64,000 bases of DNA from an uncultured Acidobacteriota bacterium (GCA_963838785.1 CAWISI010000003.1:55429-119428); one strand, 5' to 3'. Positions 44,845 to 54,883 are shown, counted from the stretch's first letter. Notes: generated by a model from the sequence alone, not told the origin. Numbers and translations: made by a program.

Positions 44845-46131
44845 ATGGACCGAATGGCAACTCAACCCACGAACCCGATGGCAGAGAATTCGATTCGTTA
44901 TCCCGGCTGGGGAGTTTGCGTTGCAGCCTTCGTGGGCGTGATGGTCAGTTTTGCGGCGATCATGCCGTATACCTTCAGCCTGTTCATCGAGCCTTTAGCG
45001 AAGGCCTTCGGCTGGCACCGGGAAGCGATTTCGAGCGCATTTGGAATTGCGGCAATCACCGTCTCAGTGTTTTCACCTGGAATCGGCATGCTGCTCGACC
45101 GCTTCCCCCCGCGGCGCATTATTATCCCGAGCATTCTGGTTTTCGCGGCAGCATATGCATCGCTGAGCCTGCTGACCCCGAACATCTCGCGTTTTTACCT
45201 CACCTATTTCGTTCTCGGCGTTGTAGGAAACGGCACCGCGCAACTTGCTTACACGCGGGCAGTGCTCACCTGGTTTCAGAAGCATCGCGGCATTGCGCTG
45301 GCTCTGGTATTAACCGGTAGCGGAACTGGATCAATTGTGATTCCGCTGGTAATACAAGCCGTGATTCATCATTACGACTGGCGCCGGGGTTATCTGGTTT
45401 TGGGATGTATTGCGCTGCTGGGCATTCCGCTGACCGCGCTTCTCGTACGTAATCGGCCGGTGCACGCCGCGGAAGCCGATCACCAATTTCAGAGCGGAGT
45501 TTCCATTGGCTCGGCGCTGCGCAGTTCTATCTTTTGGATTTTCGCGGTCATGATCATGCTCGAAGCGTTCGGGTCAAACGGGATCATTTCGCACCTCGCC
45601 GCGCTACTCACCGAACGCGGGATTTCTGCGCAAAGCGCTGCCTTTGCGCTTTCTGTCATGGGGGCTACGGGCATCTTGGGCCGGCTGACGACTGGCCTGC
45701 TACTCGACCGTTACTTTGCTCCATACATTGCCGCACTCATGCTGGGAGTTGCCGGCGTCGGCATTTTCATGCTCACAAACTCCGCGACCACCCTAGTTGC
45801 GCTGACTGGAACCGCCCTGATGGGCTATGGGTTGGGAAGCGAAGCCGATGTCGTGCCTTACTTGATCGCACGCTACTTTGGCCGCAAACATTTCGCCGCC
45901 CTGTACGGCCTGACCTGGACAGCTTACGCGGTGGGTGGTGCCACGGGGCCGATTGTTGTGGGGCATTTCTATGACCGGGCGGGAAGCTACCAGCCGTCGA
46001 TGATTGCGGCTCTGGCCTGCACTTGCGTAGTGGGCGCGGCCCTCAGCTTTTTACTGCCGCGATATCCCGTCGAATCTGCCGGGGAAGGAAAAGAACTGGC
46101 GTTATCGAGTCAGCTGCCTGCTGAAACTTAA
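44845..46131 (+). CDS. MFS transporter (oxalate/formate antiporter-like)
   Basis: Intact, 12-TM-like pattern. LDRFPPRRIIIPS and GYLIARYFGRKHFAALYG. Confidence 0.75.
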   Translation: MDRMATQPTNPMAENSIRYPGWGVCVAAFVGVMVSFAAIMPYTFSLFIEPLAKAFGWHREAISSAFGIAAITVSVFSPGIGMLLDRFPPRRIIIPSILVFAAAYASLSLLTPNISRFYLTYFVLGVVGNGTAQLAYTRAVLTWFQKHRGIALALVLTGSGTGSIVIPLVIQAVIHHYDWRRGYLVLGCIALLGIPLTALLVRNRPVHAAEADHQFQSGVSIGSALRSSIFWIFAVMIMLEAFGSNGIISHLAALLTERGISAQSAAFALSVMGATGILGRLTTGLLLDRYFAPYIAALMLGVAGVGIFMLTNSATTLVALTGTALMGYGLGSEADVVPYLIARYFGRKHFAALYGLTWTAYAVGGATGPIVVGHFYDRAGSYQPSMIAALACTCVVGAALSFLLPRYPVESAGEGKELALSSQLPAET

Positions 46132-46135
46132 TCAA

Positions 46136-46808
46136 CTATTTCGCCGTCACCAGCGAATGGGTAATGGCATGAACCGAAAGCGCGATCCGGTTCTGCACGC
46201 CGACTTTGCGCATCAATTTTGCGACGTGCGCTTTCACCGTGCGCTCCTCGATGCCCAGGGCTGATCCGATTTCTTTGTTGGAGCGGCCGGCGACCAGCAT
46301 TTCCAGAACTTCTTTTTCGCGATCGGTGAAGGTGACGCGTCCGGCGGGGAAAATGCGTCCCGGCGAAGTGCTGACCCGTTCGATGAATAGCGACAATACG
46401 CGGCGCGGCGCCCAAACTGATCCCTGGTGAACGATGCGCAGCGCTTGCACGAATTCAGAAGCCGAAGCGGCTTCATCCACATAGCCTTTGGATCCGGCAG
46501 CGATGGCTTTCAGAATGGTTTCTTCGTCCATGCCGGCGCCGGTCACGATAATTCTGACATCGGGACGCGAGGCTTTTAAGCTGGCCATCACGTCAAAAAG
46601 ATTTTGCCCGTTGCGGTTTCCCAGAAGCACCAGGTCGATTTCAGGCATGTTGGCAAGCTCTGCCAGGCTGGCAGAAACCAACTCGAAGTCCGACTCGGAA
46701 TCAAACAGCGCGCGGAACCCGACGAAGCGTAAGCGGATCGCTTTCGACGACCGCGATGCGAATCGCGCTCTTGCTGGAGGTTGTCTTCATGGCGGTTGCA
46801 GCTTTCAT
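46136..46808 (-). CDS. NarL/FixJ-type response regulator with degenerate receiver domain (1 frame break)
   Basis: LuxR HTH LTDREKEVLEMLVAGRSNKEIGSALGIEERTVKAHVAKLMRKV. In the receiver, the phospho-acceptor position reads DLVLLGNRNG. Confidence 0.7.
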
Positions 46809-46948
46809 AGCTATGCCTGTCCTTTGGACTTAAGGTATGCTTAGCATATCTGTATCGCTGTAGGGTTGCAAGGTTCCGTAACGTAAGCTGAATTACGGGA
46901 GTAACATAGGTTGCATCCAATCTTGTGCGAGGCCGAGACATCCAATTG

Positions 46949-47416
46949 ATGAAAATGCCGAGAATTGTGCCTGTTGTAGCTTGTGTCCTGCTGGCCGCAT
47001 TGATTGCGGGAGCGCAAACCTCCACCACGTATCAACCGAAATTTAAGGGTGACCCGGCACGCTCGGATTCCGAGGCCGGGGCCCTGGGATACCTGCGTAC
47101 GTTCTTGCGGGCGCAGAAAATCTACAAAAAGAAGAACGACCACTTCGCGACTTCGCTGAAGGATTTATCGAAAACCGGCTCGTTCACGCCGCGCATGGTT
47201 TCGACCGATCGTGGTGACTACACGGTGAAATTTACCCCGCACAAAGAAAAAGATTGGTTCGAAATCGTGATGATTCCCAAGCAGCTCGACTCCACTCATC
47301 GGTCGTTTTTCGCCAAGATGGAAGGCACGAATCGCAGAGACGACGGCGCGATTCGCGCGGATGATCAGAAGGAAGCGGATGAGCATTCGCCGATATTGAA
47401 GCCGGACGCGAGCTAG
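46949..47416 (+). CDS. Secreted hypothetical protein with pilin-like helix motif
   Basis: Signal peptide VVACVLLAALIAGAQ. SEAGALGYLRTFLRAQKIYKKKNDHFATSLKDL resembles the post-helix region of type IV pilin-like proteins. Confidence 0.5.
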   Translation: MKMPRIVPVVACVLLAALIAGAQTSTTYQPKFKGDPARSDSEAGALGYLRTFLRAQKIYKKKNDHFATSLKDLSKTGSFTPRMVSTDRGDYTVKFTPHKEKDWFEIVMIPKQLDSTHRSFFAKMEGTNRRDDGAIRADDQKEADEHSPILKPDAS

Positions 47417-47433
47417 TTCTGATTGCTTAGTAT

Positions 47434-47512
47434 GACGGGCGGGGGCGCCCGTCGCTCCAAAATCACGTTCTCCAAAAATTGATTGTGGAGGGACGGGCGC
47501 TCTCGCCCGTCC
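47434..47512. terminator. Two GACGGGCG...CGCCCGTC hairpins between convergent genes
   Basis: 47434..47453 GACGGGCG-gggg-CGCCCGTC; 47491..47512 GGACGGGCG-ctct-CGCCCGTCC. Confidence 0.55.
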
Positions 47513-47521
47513 AAGCACAAT

Positions 47522-48232
47522 CTAGCTCGCCGGGCCCGGCCGAATATCTATCGCTTTGCCATCGTGATAAGTGATGGTGAGCGGCTTTCCCCCGTTGGGA
47601 TAATTCATCTTCTTATCGATCGAATCGCTGCTCGGGTCGAGCAGCCCCACTCCAATCGCGAAGTCCGCCTGCATATCGGTCATCCCCGGCTTGACCTGGT
47701 GCTGATCGATCGCCTGCCAGATATCTGCCGGCCAGTGCTTGTAGAGCTGGTGCGGGTCTTCGATAAAAAACATGTCGTCGGAATAGAACTTGAGATCGCC
47801 GCCGCCGCGGTCGACTGCAATCGGCGCAGCGTAAGACTTCCCGCCAATTTTGAATACCGCCAGCACTTTCGCCCCGCCTGAATCGCCGGGCGAGATGCTG
47901 GCAATCACGTCGTTAATCTGCAGCTTCTGCAATGGCAGCAGCTTCCCTGCCTCATGCGAAAAATTGGTGTGATGAGCGGTTGCGTCGTATGGATAATACG
48001 GATAAAAGTAACCCACCTTCACCCACACCGGCTGCTTGGTCAGCTGCTTCGCTGACTTCACATCGTAGGGATAAAGTTTTCTCGGGTTGACGTAGTAGTC
48101 AGGATTGAGCGGCGGCGCTTCTTTCTTGGCTACTGGCTTGTTGGCTTCATGGCGCTCGTAAAGAATGACGCCCAGGCGGACGCCGGTCACGATGATGCCA
48201 AGCACAAGAATGATTTGAATTTTGCTCTTCAT
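47522..48232 (-). CDS. Membrane-anchored hypothetical protein
   Basis: Intact 236 aa with an N-terminal TM (IQIILVLGIIVTGVRLGVILY). No family recognised. Confidence 0.55.
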   Translation of the reverse strand: MKSKIQIILVLGIIVTGVRLGVILYERHEANKPVAKKEAPPLNPDYYVNPRKLYPYDVKSAKQLTKQPVWVKVGYFYPYYPYDATAHHTNFSHEAGKLLPLQKLQINDVIASISPGDSGGAKVLAVFKIGGKSYAAPIAVDRGGGDLKFYSDDMFFIEDPHQLYKHWPADIWQAIDQHQVKPGMTDMQADFAIGVGLLDPSSDSIDKKMNYPNGGKPLTITYHDGKAIDIRPGPAS

Positions 48233-48280
48233 CGCAGGCTAGGATATCAGCCCGCGCCGAGCGTGGACCGGAAAAGAAAG

Positions 48281-48893
48281 CTATTCCATGCTCGAGCCCA
48301 GCGGCTCGTAGCGGTATTTCTTTCCATCCCAGAATATCGCTGAAGTCATCTGGTCGGCGGTGGCTTCTTCCACGTAGATGGCATTGGCGAACTTCTTGCG
48401 GCTGACTTTCATTTTTTTCAGCGTGAGCGTCTTTACCGGAAGATTGATGATGACGAATTTGGATAACGGGGTGGCCGATCGCCAGGCTTCAGTTCCGGCG
48501 CCATGAATCACCAGCAGCGCCACTCCACGCAAGTTTTGGATCATCGGGAGCAAAGCTGGTGGTGATCGCCGGATTGCCGTATCCGAAAAATGAGTTCATC
48601 GGATCAATGACTTTATAGTTTTTATCGGCCTGATCGATCAGCGCATTCTTGCAGCGCGCGACAATGACAATGTCGTCGACCCCGTCGCCGTTCAAATCGG
48701 CGATCATGGGTGCGAAATTGGGTTCGGCAGAGCAACTGTCGCCGAATCGCTGATGAATAAATTTATTGTCTACCGGGGACGACTGCGGCCGCCGGCGCAC
48801 TCTTCTGTGCCGCCGCGAACGAAGCTCCGAATGATGAGTGCGAGAAGGAATGATGTAAGATCGGGACCACATGAATTTAATGTAGTCCCGCAA
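48281..48893 (-). CDS. FG-GAP/VCBS-like repeat hypothetical protein (frame breaks)
   Basis: ADLNGDGVDDIVIVAR motif. The C-terminal part is in ORF 48281..48553. Confidence 0.45.
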
Positions 48894-48973
48894 TGATGAC
48901 GTTAGCTAGAGCCGCAGGGTAACCAAAGTCACACAGCTATTTCGTGATCGCCAGACTGTCGACGACTCCGACT

Positions 48974-50246
48974 TCAGTGTCTGTCAATGGCAGACAAACA
49001 ATTCGGCACCGGGGTCAAGGCGCCGGTGTCGGCATCCACCTGGTAAGTCGTGAACGCCGATAGTCGCAGCTGAAGCAGGCTGTTTGATCTCCCGTGATCG
49101 CCCACAGAAAATTCCCAGTTGGGACTGATCACCGGCCAGTCGCCGGGGCCGGAACCGGAAACTTGGGCGATTGCTCCCGTGCTTTCGTCGATCGAATAAA
49201 TTCCGCAGTTGTCATACATGAATTTTCCCGCGCTGGCGATGGTCATGTTGTCCGGCCCGGGAATTCCAATCGTGCCCGGCGCGACCACTGTGCCGCAGCT
49301 GCCGGCGCTGAACGGAGAACCGGAGAGTGGAGTCAGGACGCCCGGACGTCTGGTCGATGCTATAGCCGTATATAGTTCTCGTCGTTCTGGGACTGCAGTT
49401 CGTAGAGATAGGAATTGTTCGGCGTGATCACGATCGTCCACGATTTCGGTGACGTCTGCGCCGAATGGCGATCCTGCAATCGCGGTCAACGCGCCGGTGG
49501 TCTGATCGATCGTGTATCCGAAAATGCCCGCGCTGGTCGACACATATAAGAACTGATTGGTCTGGTCGACCGGCCATGAGTGTTGCGGGTTGAGGATAAC
49601 CGGCCGAACTCGCGCCCGCCGCGGCGAACGGCGAGCCTGGCACCGGGGTCAAGGCCCGCTGCCGATTGAATGCTGAAGGCGTCAACCCCTTCGAACCCAA
49701 CGCGTAAAGAAATTTGCCCTTGTTGTCGACAACATCGGCGTACAACGTCTGGCCCGTCATATAAGACCCAACTGCCTTGCCCAGCGAGCCGTTGGATCGG
49801 TTAATGGCGTAAACGAAAATTCCACCCTGAGTGCCGCCGTTGTATCCCTGTGCGGTTTGAAAGATGAAAGAGCCGGAAGGATCGATCGCGAGAGTTTCGA
49901 GGATCGACATTGTTGGCGGAACCGCCGATGGTTAAGTGTCAGAATTCCATTGCGCCGAATGCTTGCTGCATAAGGGCCACCGCCAGGAAGCGGATTGGCA
50001 TACAGAAATATGGGTGCGCTGGTCTGGCCGGATGCGCCGATACCTTCGCCGTAGCCGGGTATACTTTGCCCTCCGCTGCCGCCCGATCCGGAGCCGACGG
50101 CCGGAGCCTGATCCAGAGCCTGATCCGGACCCGGAAGTAGTGCCTGAGTTGCCGGACGCTCCGGTTGAAACCCCACCGCAATTGGTAAAGAGAATGGCCG
50201 TTGTGAGAAGGATGATGAGAGCGAATATTTTTTCCAGACGATGCAT
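48974..50246 (-). CDS. Lipoprotein, lactonase-type 7-bladed beta-propeller family (multiple frame breaks)
   Basis: Lipobox ILFTNCGG and a Gly/Ser linker. Repeated blades YAINRSNGSL, YTIDQTTGALT, YSIDESTGAI, YQVDADTGALT. Confidence 0.6.
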
Positions 50247-50380
50247 GATCGGCCTCTATTAAAAGACTGTTAATTGTTCTTGCGGAAGCACTTAGTTGGA
50301 TGAGCGGTCCTGCTGACAGTTGGCTGAAAGCCGCACCTCAGGCGCGTTCTCAGGTATTTTTGATTCTGCGATGAGGAACT

Positions 50381-51403
50381 TTACTGATGCCGGAAGTGCT
50401 CCCAGCCGCTGGGCCGCAGCACGCGATTTTTTCCCGGACTATCGATAAGGAAGATCTTCCTGGACCGGATGATTTCGCCAATGCAGGTGATCGGAATGCC
50501 GGAGATGGTCGACGGAACATGCCGGTTGGGCCGGCGAGGTAAATAGCAGCTCATATTCGTCGCCGCCGTGCAGCGCAAGCTGCAATGCCACCGGCTTCGC
50601 AAGGCTTGCCGATGGTCGCGCGCGGTATCGCACTTTGCCCATATCTCAGCGCCCACATTGCTTTCCTCGCAAATGTGGCTAAGGTCGGTGGAAAGGCCAT
50701 CACTGATGTCGATCATCGAAGAAGCTAATTTTTTCTCGCGCAAGAACTCGTCCCTGACGCAATTCTTGGCTGCGGGAAAAAATGCTTTGGAAACTGGCTG
50801 GGCGCCAGCTTCTGTTTTGCAAACAATAAGTTCAGCGCCGCTGCGGCTGCGCCGAGTGATCCGGTCACATAAATTCGATCGCCCGGACGAGCGCCCGGAG
50901 CGCAACACTGCCGTGCCTCTGGGCACCGAACCCAGAACAATGATGTCCGCCAGAACTCCTGATGGCGACTGCGCAGTGTCGCCGCCGGCCAGCGATATGC
51001 CGGATTCATGCGCAAGCTTTAACACGCCTTTGATAAAACCATCGACCCAGGACTGCGGCAATTTTGCTGGCAGCGCCAGCGAGAGAAAAGCTGCCGTCGG
51101 ATCCCCGCCCATGGCCGCGATGTCACTCAATCCGCGCGCCAGGCAGCGATGGCCGACCGATTCCGCGCGGATGCCAGTGCTCGCCGGAAGTGAACATTTT
51201 CCAGGCTGAAATCGGTGGTGGTAAGCAGGTCGTGACCGGCGCGAAGGCGCAGCACGGCGCAGTCGTCGCCAATTCCGGTCACCAACTTGCCGTTTTTTGG
51301 CGATCGACTTCGACCGGAAGATGTCGCTCTGGCGGGCTCCGGCCGCGGCCCTGATTTTCGAAATGAGCGCTCTTTCTGATTTGGGCAAAGCGAGGAACAT
51401 CAT
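50381..51403 (-). CDS. thiL: Thiamine-monophosphate kinase ThiL (multiple frame breaks)
   Basis: SERALISKIRAAA; GIGDDCAV and TTDF in other frames; VGHRCLARGLSDIAAMGGDP; GDRIYVTGSLGAA; DISDGLSTDLSHICEES; ALHGGDEYELLFT. Confidence 0.75.
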   Translation of the reverse strand: MMFLALPKSERALISKIRAAAGARQSDIFRSKSIAKKRQVGDRNWRRLRRAAPSRRSRPAYHHRFQPGKCSLPASTGIRAESVGHRCLARGLSDIAAMGGDPTAAFLSLALPAKLPQSWVDGFIKGVLKLAHESGISLAGGDTAQSPSGVLADIIVLGSVPRGTAVLRSGRSSGRSNLCDRITRRSRSGAELIVCKTEAGAQPVSKAFFPAAKNCVRDEFLREKKLASSMIDISDGLSTDLSHICEESNVGAEIWAKCDTARDHRQALRSRWHCSLRCTAATNMSCYLPRRPNRHVPSTISGIPITCIGEIIRSRKIFLIDSPGKNRVLRPSGWEHFRHQ

Positions 51404-51867
51404 AAGCGGAATTGCACATTGGCCCAAACCGCATTCAAAAAGCTCGGGCAAAGTAAGACAACCTGCTCTTTCGCGGTCACATCTAGAAAGTGGTTTTGCG
51501 GGATTCACGAAGCCGTCGAAAGTCGCCCCTGCAATCTGCAGAGTACCTTAGTCACTTCGTCCTCGGACTGGTAACTGGCCTTGCGGTCACGTTCGGTTAC
51601 CTGTCGTTTGTAACTGAAGAAATCGGTCTACCCTCGTTGACAGGCTGGAAGTGCTTTGCTACCGTTACAAGCAGTTTCCCAAGAACCTGTGGTCGAGCTA
51701 AGTGCTGAATCCGCTGTTAGTTAGCGGAAACAGTGATTTAGGCATATAGTTTTCCGGGCCCCGTCGTGCAGCGCAGCGTTTTAGGCCTTGCAGGTGCAAG
51801 GCAGAGCATACGGGCCGGAAAAGTTGTGCCGGATGCTCCTATTCTGGCCATAAGGATTTAAGACCAA

Positions 51868-52782
51868 TTGCGTAAACGTTTTTACATTCTTTTCGTGACT
51901 CGCGGAGAAGATGGCGAACTCCGCAAGATTCCGATTCCCATTCATTATCTCTACGTCTTTGTGGCGGGAGCTGCGGTTGGCCTTTTCGGGCTTACCGGCC
52001 TGGCGCAATCGTATATGCGCATGCTGTTGAAGACCTCGCAATACAACGAATTGCGAGCTGAAAAAGATGATCTCCGGAACCGCTACAGCCATCTGGAGCA
52101 GGTCGCTAAAGAACGCGATATGCAGGTCGCGTCACTGGGATCGCTGGCCAATGAAGTCTCATCTCTTTATGGATTGAAGCCGGATCCGGCGCTGATGTCG
52201 GGCGCATCCTCAGACCAGGTTGAAGATGGACAGGTGAACTCTTCCATCGACCGGCTGGCCACGCTTAAGAATACGGCATTGACCGGGGCAACGACTGCCG
52301 GATTGACGCTTGGACTTACCCGCAATGTGACCACCGCAGATTGGGTTCGTGCCAATTCGGCGCCGAATATTTGGCCGGTAGAAGGCCCGATCACAGCGGC
52401 TTTCGGTGAACGCATCGATCCATTTAATGGTGAGGGCGCGTTCCATTCAGGCATTGATATCGGAGCAGCGATTGGACAGCCGATCATCGCTCCCGCAGAC
52501 GCTACCGTAGTATTTGCCGACTTCATGGGCGGATACGGCCGCGCTGTCATTCTGGACCACGGTCACGGAATCACAACCCGATATGGGCATATGAAGAGCC
52601 TGGCGGTATTCGCCGGCGAGCACGTGCATCGCGGGGATACGATCGGCTATGTTGGGGATACCGGACGGAGCACCGGGCCACATCTTCATTACGAAGTCCG
52701 CATCAACGATATCCCAGTCAATCCGCACAAATATCTGCGCACTACCTATGCTCACGTGGGCGGATTCGAAGCCGGAAGCTGA
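51868..52782 (+). CDS. M23-family peptidoglycan DD-metalloendopeptidase
   Basis: Intact. HSGIDIGAAIGQPIIAPADATV...GHGITTRYGHM...GDTGRSTGPHLHYEV. Confidence 0.85.
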   Translation: MRKRFYILFVTRGEDGELRKIPIPIHYLYVFVAGAAVGLFGLTGLAQSYMRMLLKTSQYNELRAEKDDLRNRYSHLEQVAKERDMQVASLGSLANEVSSLYGLKPDPALMSGASSDQVEDGQVNSSIDRLATLKNTALTGATTAGLTLGLTRNVTTADWVRANSAPNIWPVEGPITAAFGERIDPFNGEGAFHSGIDIGAAIGQPIIAPADATVVFADFMGGYGRAVILDHGHGITTRYGHMKSLAVFAGEHVHRGDTIGYVGDTGRSTGPHLHYEVRINDIPVNPHKYLRTTYAHVGGFEAGS

Positions 52783-52949
52783 CATAGCCATCAGCCGTCA
52801 GCCACTCAGACAAAACCAGACCGCGACTGCATTTGCGGACTGATATTTTTCTGCAACCTTCGTAACCAAGCAGTAATATTTTCCCACAGCGCATCTAGGC
52901 TTATTCTTGAGATCAAGAGCAGGGCCTCCTGGGCTCGCACCAAAAGAAT

Positions 52950-53339
52950 ATGTTCCCCTTTCGTCTTTACAGCCTGATTGTGGGCGCAGCGAGCGCTGCG
53001 CTTGCCGCCTACCTGATGTTCGGCCGCAAAAAGAAAAGTTCGGCGGAGATTGAACGCCAGCGTCGCGATTGGTTAAACCAGATCGGCCGCATCACCGACG
53101 GCACCGTCATCGATGTGCAGGAGCTTGCCGCGAATGGCCACGCTCCCGCGACCCACTTGATTTTCCAATACGACGTCGGCGGCGTTTCCTATGAGGCTTC
53201 GCAGGACGTAACCCAGCTACGCCAGCACATCAATCTGCACTCCTGCCGGCTGGGGCTGCCCACGTCAGTGCGCTATGATCCGCAAAATCCAGGAAACTCG
53301 ATTGTGGTTTCGGAAAAGTGGATGGGATTACGGCAGTAA
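52950..53339 (+). CDS. DUF3592-like membrane protein
   Basis: N-terminal TM followed by a beta-rich domain (GTVIDVQEL...HLIFQYDVGGVSYEASQ...VRYDPQNPGNS). Confidence 0.55.
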   Translation: MFPFRLYSLIVGAASAALAAYLMFGRKKKSSAEIERQRRDWLNQIGRITDGTVIDVQELAANGHAPATHLIFQYDVGGVSYEASQDVTQLRQHINLHSCRLGLPTSVRYDPQNPGNSIVVSEKWMGLRQ

Positions 53340-53726
53340 GAGCTAAACTTAACGAGTGTCAATTCGTAACGAGGAATATCTACCACTTTGCGATCATCGA
53401 ATTGGCTCATGCGTTTGGTGTCGCTGGTCTTGCCCTTTGACTGCGCATAGATTTCGTAATCCACATTGGTCGCAAGCGCAGGAAAGCGATAGGTCCCATC
53501 AGGTCCGACGATGTAGGTTTTTACCGCCCGGGTGCGAGTGTCCGTCAGATAAACCACTGCATCGGGCACCGGATTATCGCTCCGGTCGAGCACTTTGCCG
53601 GTGAGCAGACGGCCGGGAGTGGTGTCTTTGTTCTTGGCGAAGGCTGGGTGCAGCCGCCAACCACAGCGCAAATAGAACAAACGTAAGAGCCTGGCGTGTT
53701 CGGCGCAATCCAGAGGTCATTCTCAT
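53273..53726 (-). CDS. Secreted CarboxypepD_reg-like domain protein (frame break near the N-terminus; 3' end doubtful)
   Basis: Signal MRMTSGLRRTRQALTFVLFALWLAAAP, then LTGKVLDRSDNPVPDAVVYLTDTRTRAVKTYIVGPDGTYRF. The 67-nt convergent overlap with 52950..53339 suggests a missed stop. Confidence 0.55.
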
Positions 53727-53758
53727 CCGCGTAACCAGCCCTGAAGCGTGAGTTGCAC

Positions 53759-54190
53759 CTATTTTAAATGCAGACCGGTGTTGACGCGCTCGTCATTTTC
53801 TATGTGCACCGTTACTTCTTCACCGGCCTGCAGATGCTTGTAGGCGGAGTTTCTGTATCCCTTCAGGTCCGGCGACAGCACGTAATCCTGTTTGCCTGCG
53901 GGCACGCGCTGCTCAAATTCTCCCAGGTGGTTGGAATGAACTTCCCAGCGGGTCTTTTTCTCCCCGGCGACGCGGATCTTAACTTCAACTCCGTAGACTG
54001 GACGATCATCCGGGCCCCATACGGTCCCGAAGATCAGAGCATAGTCGGCGGGTTGCTGCTGTTCCCGGCCCTGCAAAGGCTGATTGGGGATTATAAGAAG
54101 TGCGAGGCAAACCAGTATTAGCGAACGGAAAACCAACGCGGATGGATTCTCAGGAGTAATCGCCGTCTTCGGTTTCTTCTTCCTCTTCAT
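53759..54190 (-). CDS. Secreted/anchored CarboxypepD_reg-like domain protein
   Basis: MKRKKKPK..., TM LILVCLALLII, then IFGTVWGPDDRPVYGVEVKIRV... Confidence 0.55.
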   Translation of the reverse strand: MKRKKKPKTAITPENPSALVFRSLILVCLALLIIPNQPLQGREQQQPADYALIFGTVWGPDDRPVYGVEVKIRVAGEKKTRWEVHSNHLGEFEQRVPAGKQDYVLSPDLKGYRNSAYKHLQAGEEVTVHIENDERVNTGLHLK

Positions 54191-54347
54191 CTTCCTCGTA
54201 CTCTTCTTCCACGGGTTTGAGTTCTACCGGATTGATGGTGGTCACCTCGAAGTCGGTCCCGCACTCGGTACAGGTAATGACCTCGCCCTCGTCGACCTCA
54301 TCGTCTTCAATATCGAAACTGTTCTCGCACTCTGGACAGTACAGCAT
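54150..54347 (-). CDS. LysW-like zinc-ribbon protein with poly-acidic tail
   Basis: MLYCPECENSFDIEDDEVDEGEVITCTECGTDFEVTTINPVELKPVEEEYEEDEEEEETEDGDYS follows the LysW/ArgW pattern CPxC...GE.i.C..CG...EV....P.EL. Confidence 0.6.
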   Translation of the reverse strand: MLYCPECENSFDIEDDEVDEGEVITCTECGTDFEVTTINPVELKPVEEEYEEDEEEEETEDGDYS

Positions 54348-54514
54348 TTGCCCTCCGTTCGGGTGCCTGACTTTTTATGATTGCACGTTTGTATATTTAT
54401 TGTCTTCCCGGCCACAGGTCAAGGGGGTGCCGGCACCAGAGAGAGCTCAGTCCAAAAAGAGGCCCCGTCCGAGCCTCACCCGGACGGGGACCGTCGTTTC
54501 ACAAGCACATGCTC

Positions 54515-54883
54515 TTAGGAATTGCCGTTCATCCCAAAGGTGAGAGCTTCTCTTTCGTGCTTGAAATCAATCTCCTGCAGCACATTGTGATTTGACGCAG
54601 ATTGGCGAGTGATCACGTCATCCTGCGTGACTTGGCCGTCATTGGTGCGCAGCGTTGCAGGAACCGTAGCCACGGTCTTGCCGTTGCGCACAAAATTTAC
54701 TTCCACTCGCGGCCCTGCCTCCTGCCACTCAACTTTGTAATGGCCGGCGCGGAGACGCTGACCTTGCACTACAACGGCGGAAGGAATATTTACCGAACGG
54801 CTGGTGTTGTCAGCTGCCAGGGCCGAAGCTGGCAGGAGTAAAAGCAACATGGAAAATAGTGCGGCACTGATGGCGTATTTCAT
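54515..54883 (-). CDS. Secreted hypothetical protein
   Basis: Intact 122 aa with signal peptide LLLLLPASALA. No family recognised. Confidence 0.5.
   Translation of the reverse strand: MKYAISAALFSMLLLLLPASALAADNTSRSVNIPSAVVVQGQRLRAGHYKVEWQEAGPRVEVNFVRNGKTVATVPATLRTNDGQVTQDDVITRQSASNHNVLQEIDFKHEREALTFGMNGNS

Noticed and set aside
44201-46131. Possible CMD-domain/MFS transporter fusion, since the last CMD fragment is in frame with the MFS ORF and no stop intervenes.
   Set aside because: The CMD gene already contains at least two frame breaks. A stop at 44828..44830 is reached in the adjacent frame. An ATG at 44845 gives a normal MFS N-terminus. Given the indel load, a hidden frameshift is more likely than a true fusion.
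50381-51508. A single 375-aa ORF taken as an intact thiL.
   Set aside because: Only parts of that ORF carry ThiL motifs. Other motifs (GIGDDCAV, GDRIYVTGSLGAA, ALHGGDEYELLFT) are in other frames, so the long ORF is a chance fusion of frames across indels.
51510-51740. 6S RNA or a c-di-AMP (ydaO-type) riboswitch upstream of the M23 peptidase gene.
   Set aside because: I could not find the conserved ydaO boxes (GGGGACCCA, CCCGAAUCC-like pairs) or a closing 5'/3' stem with a central bubble as in 6S RNA. Only generic hairpins are present. The region is kept as a low-interest structured-region finding.
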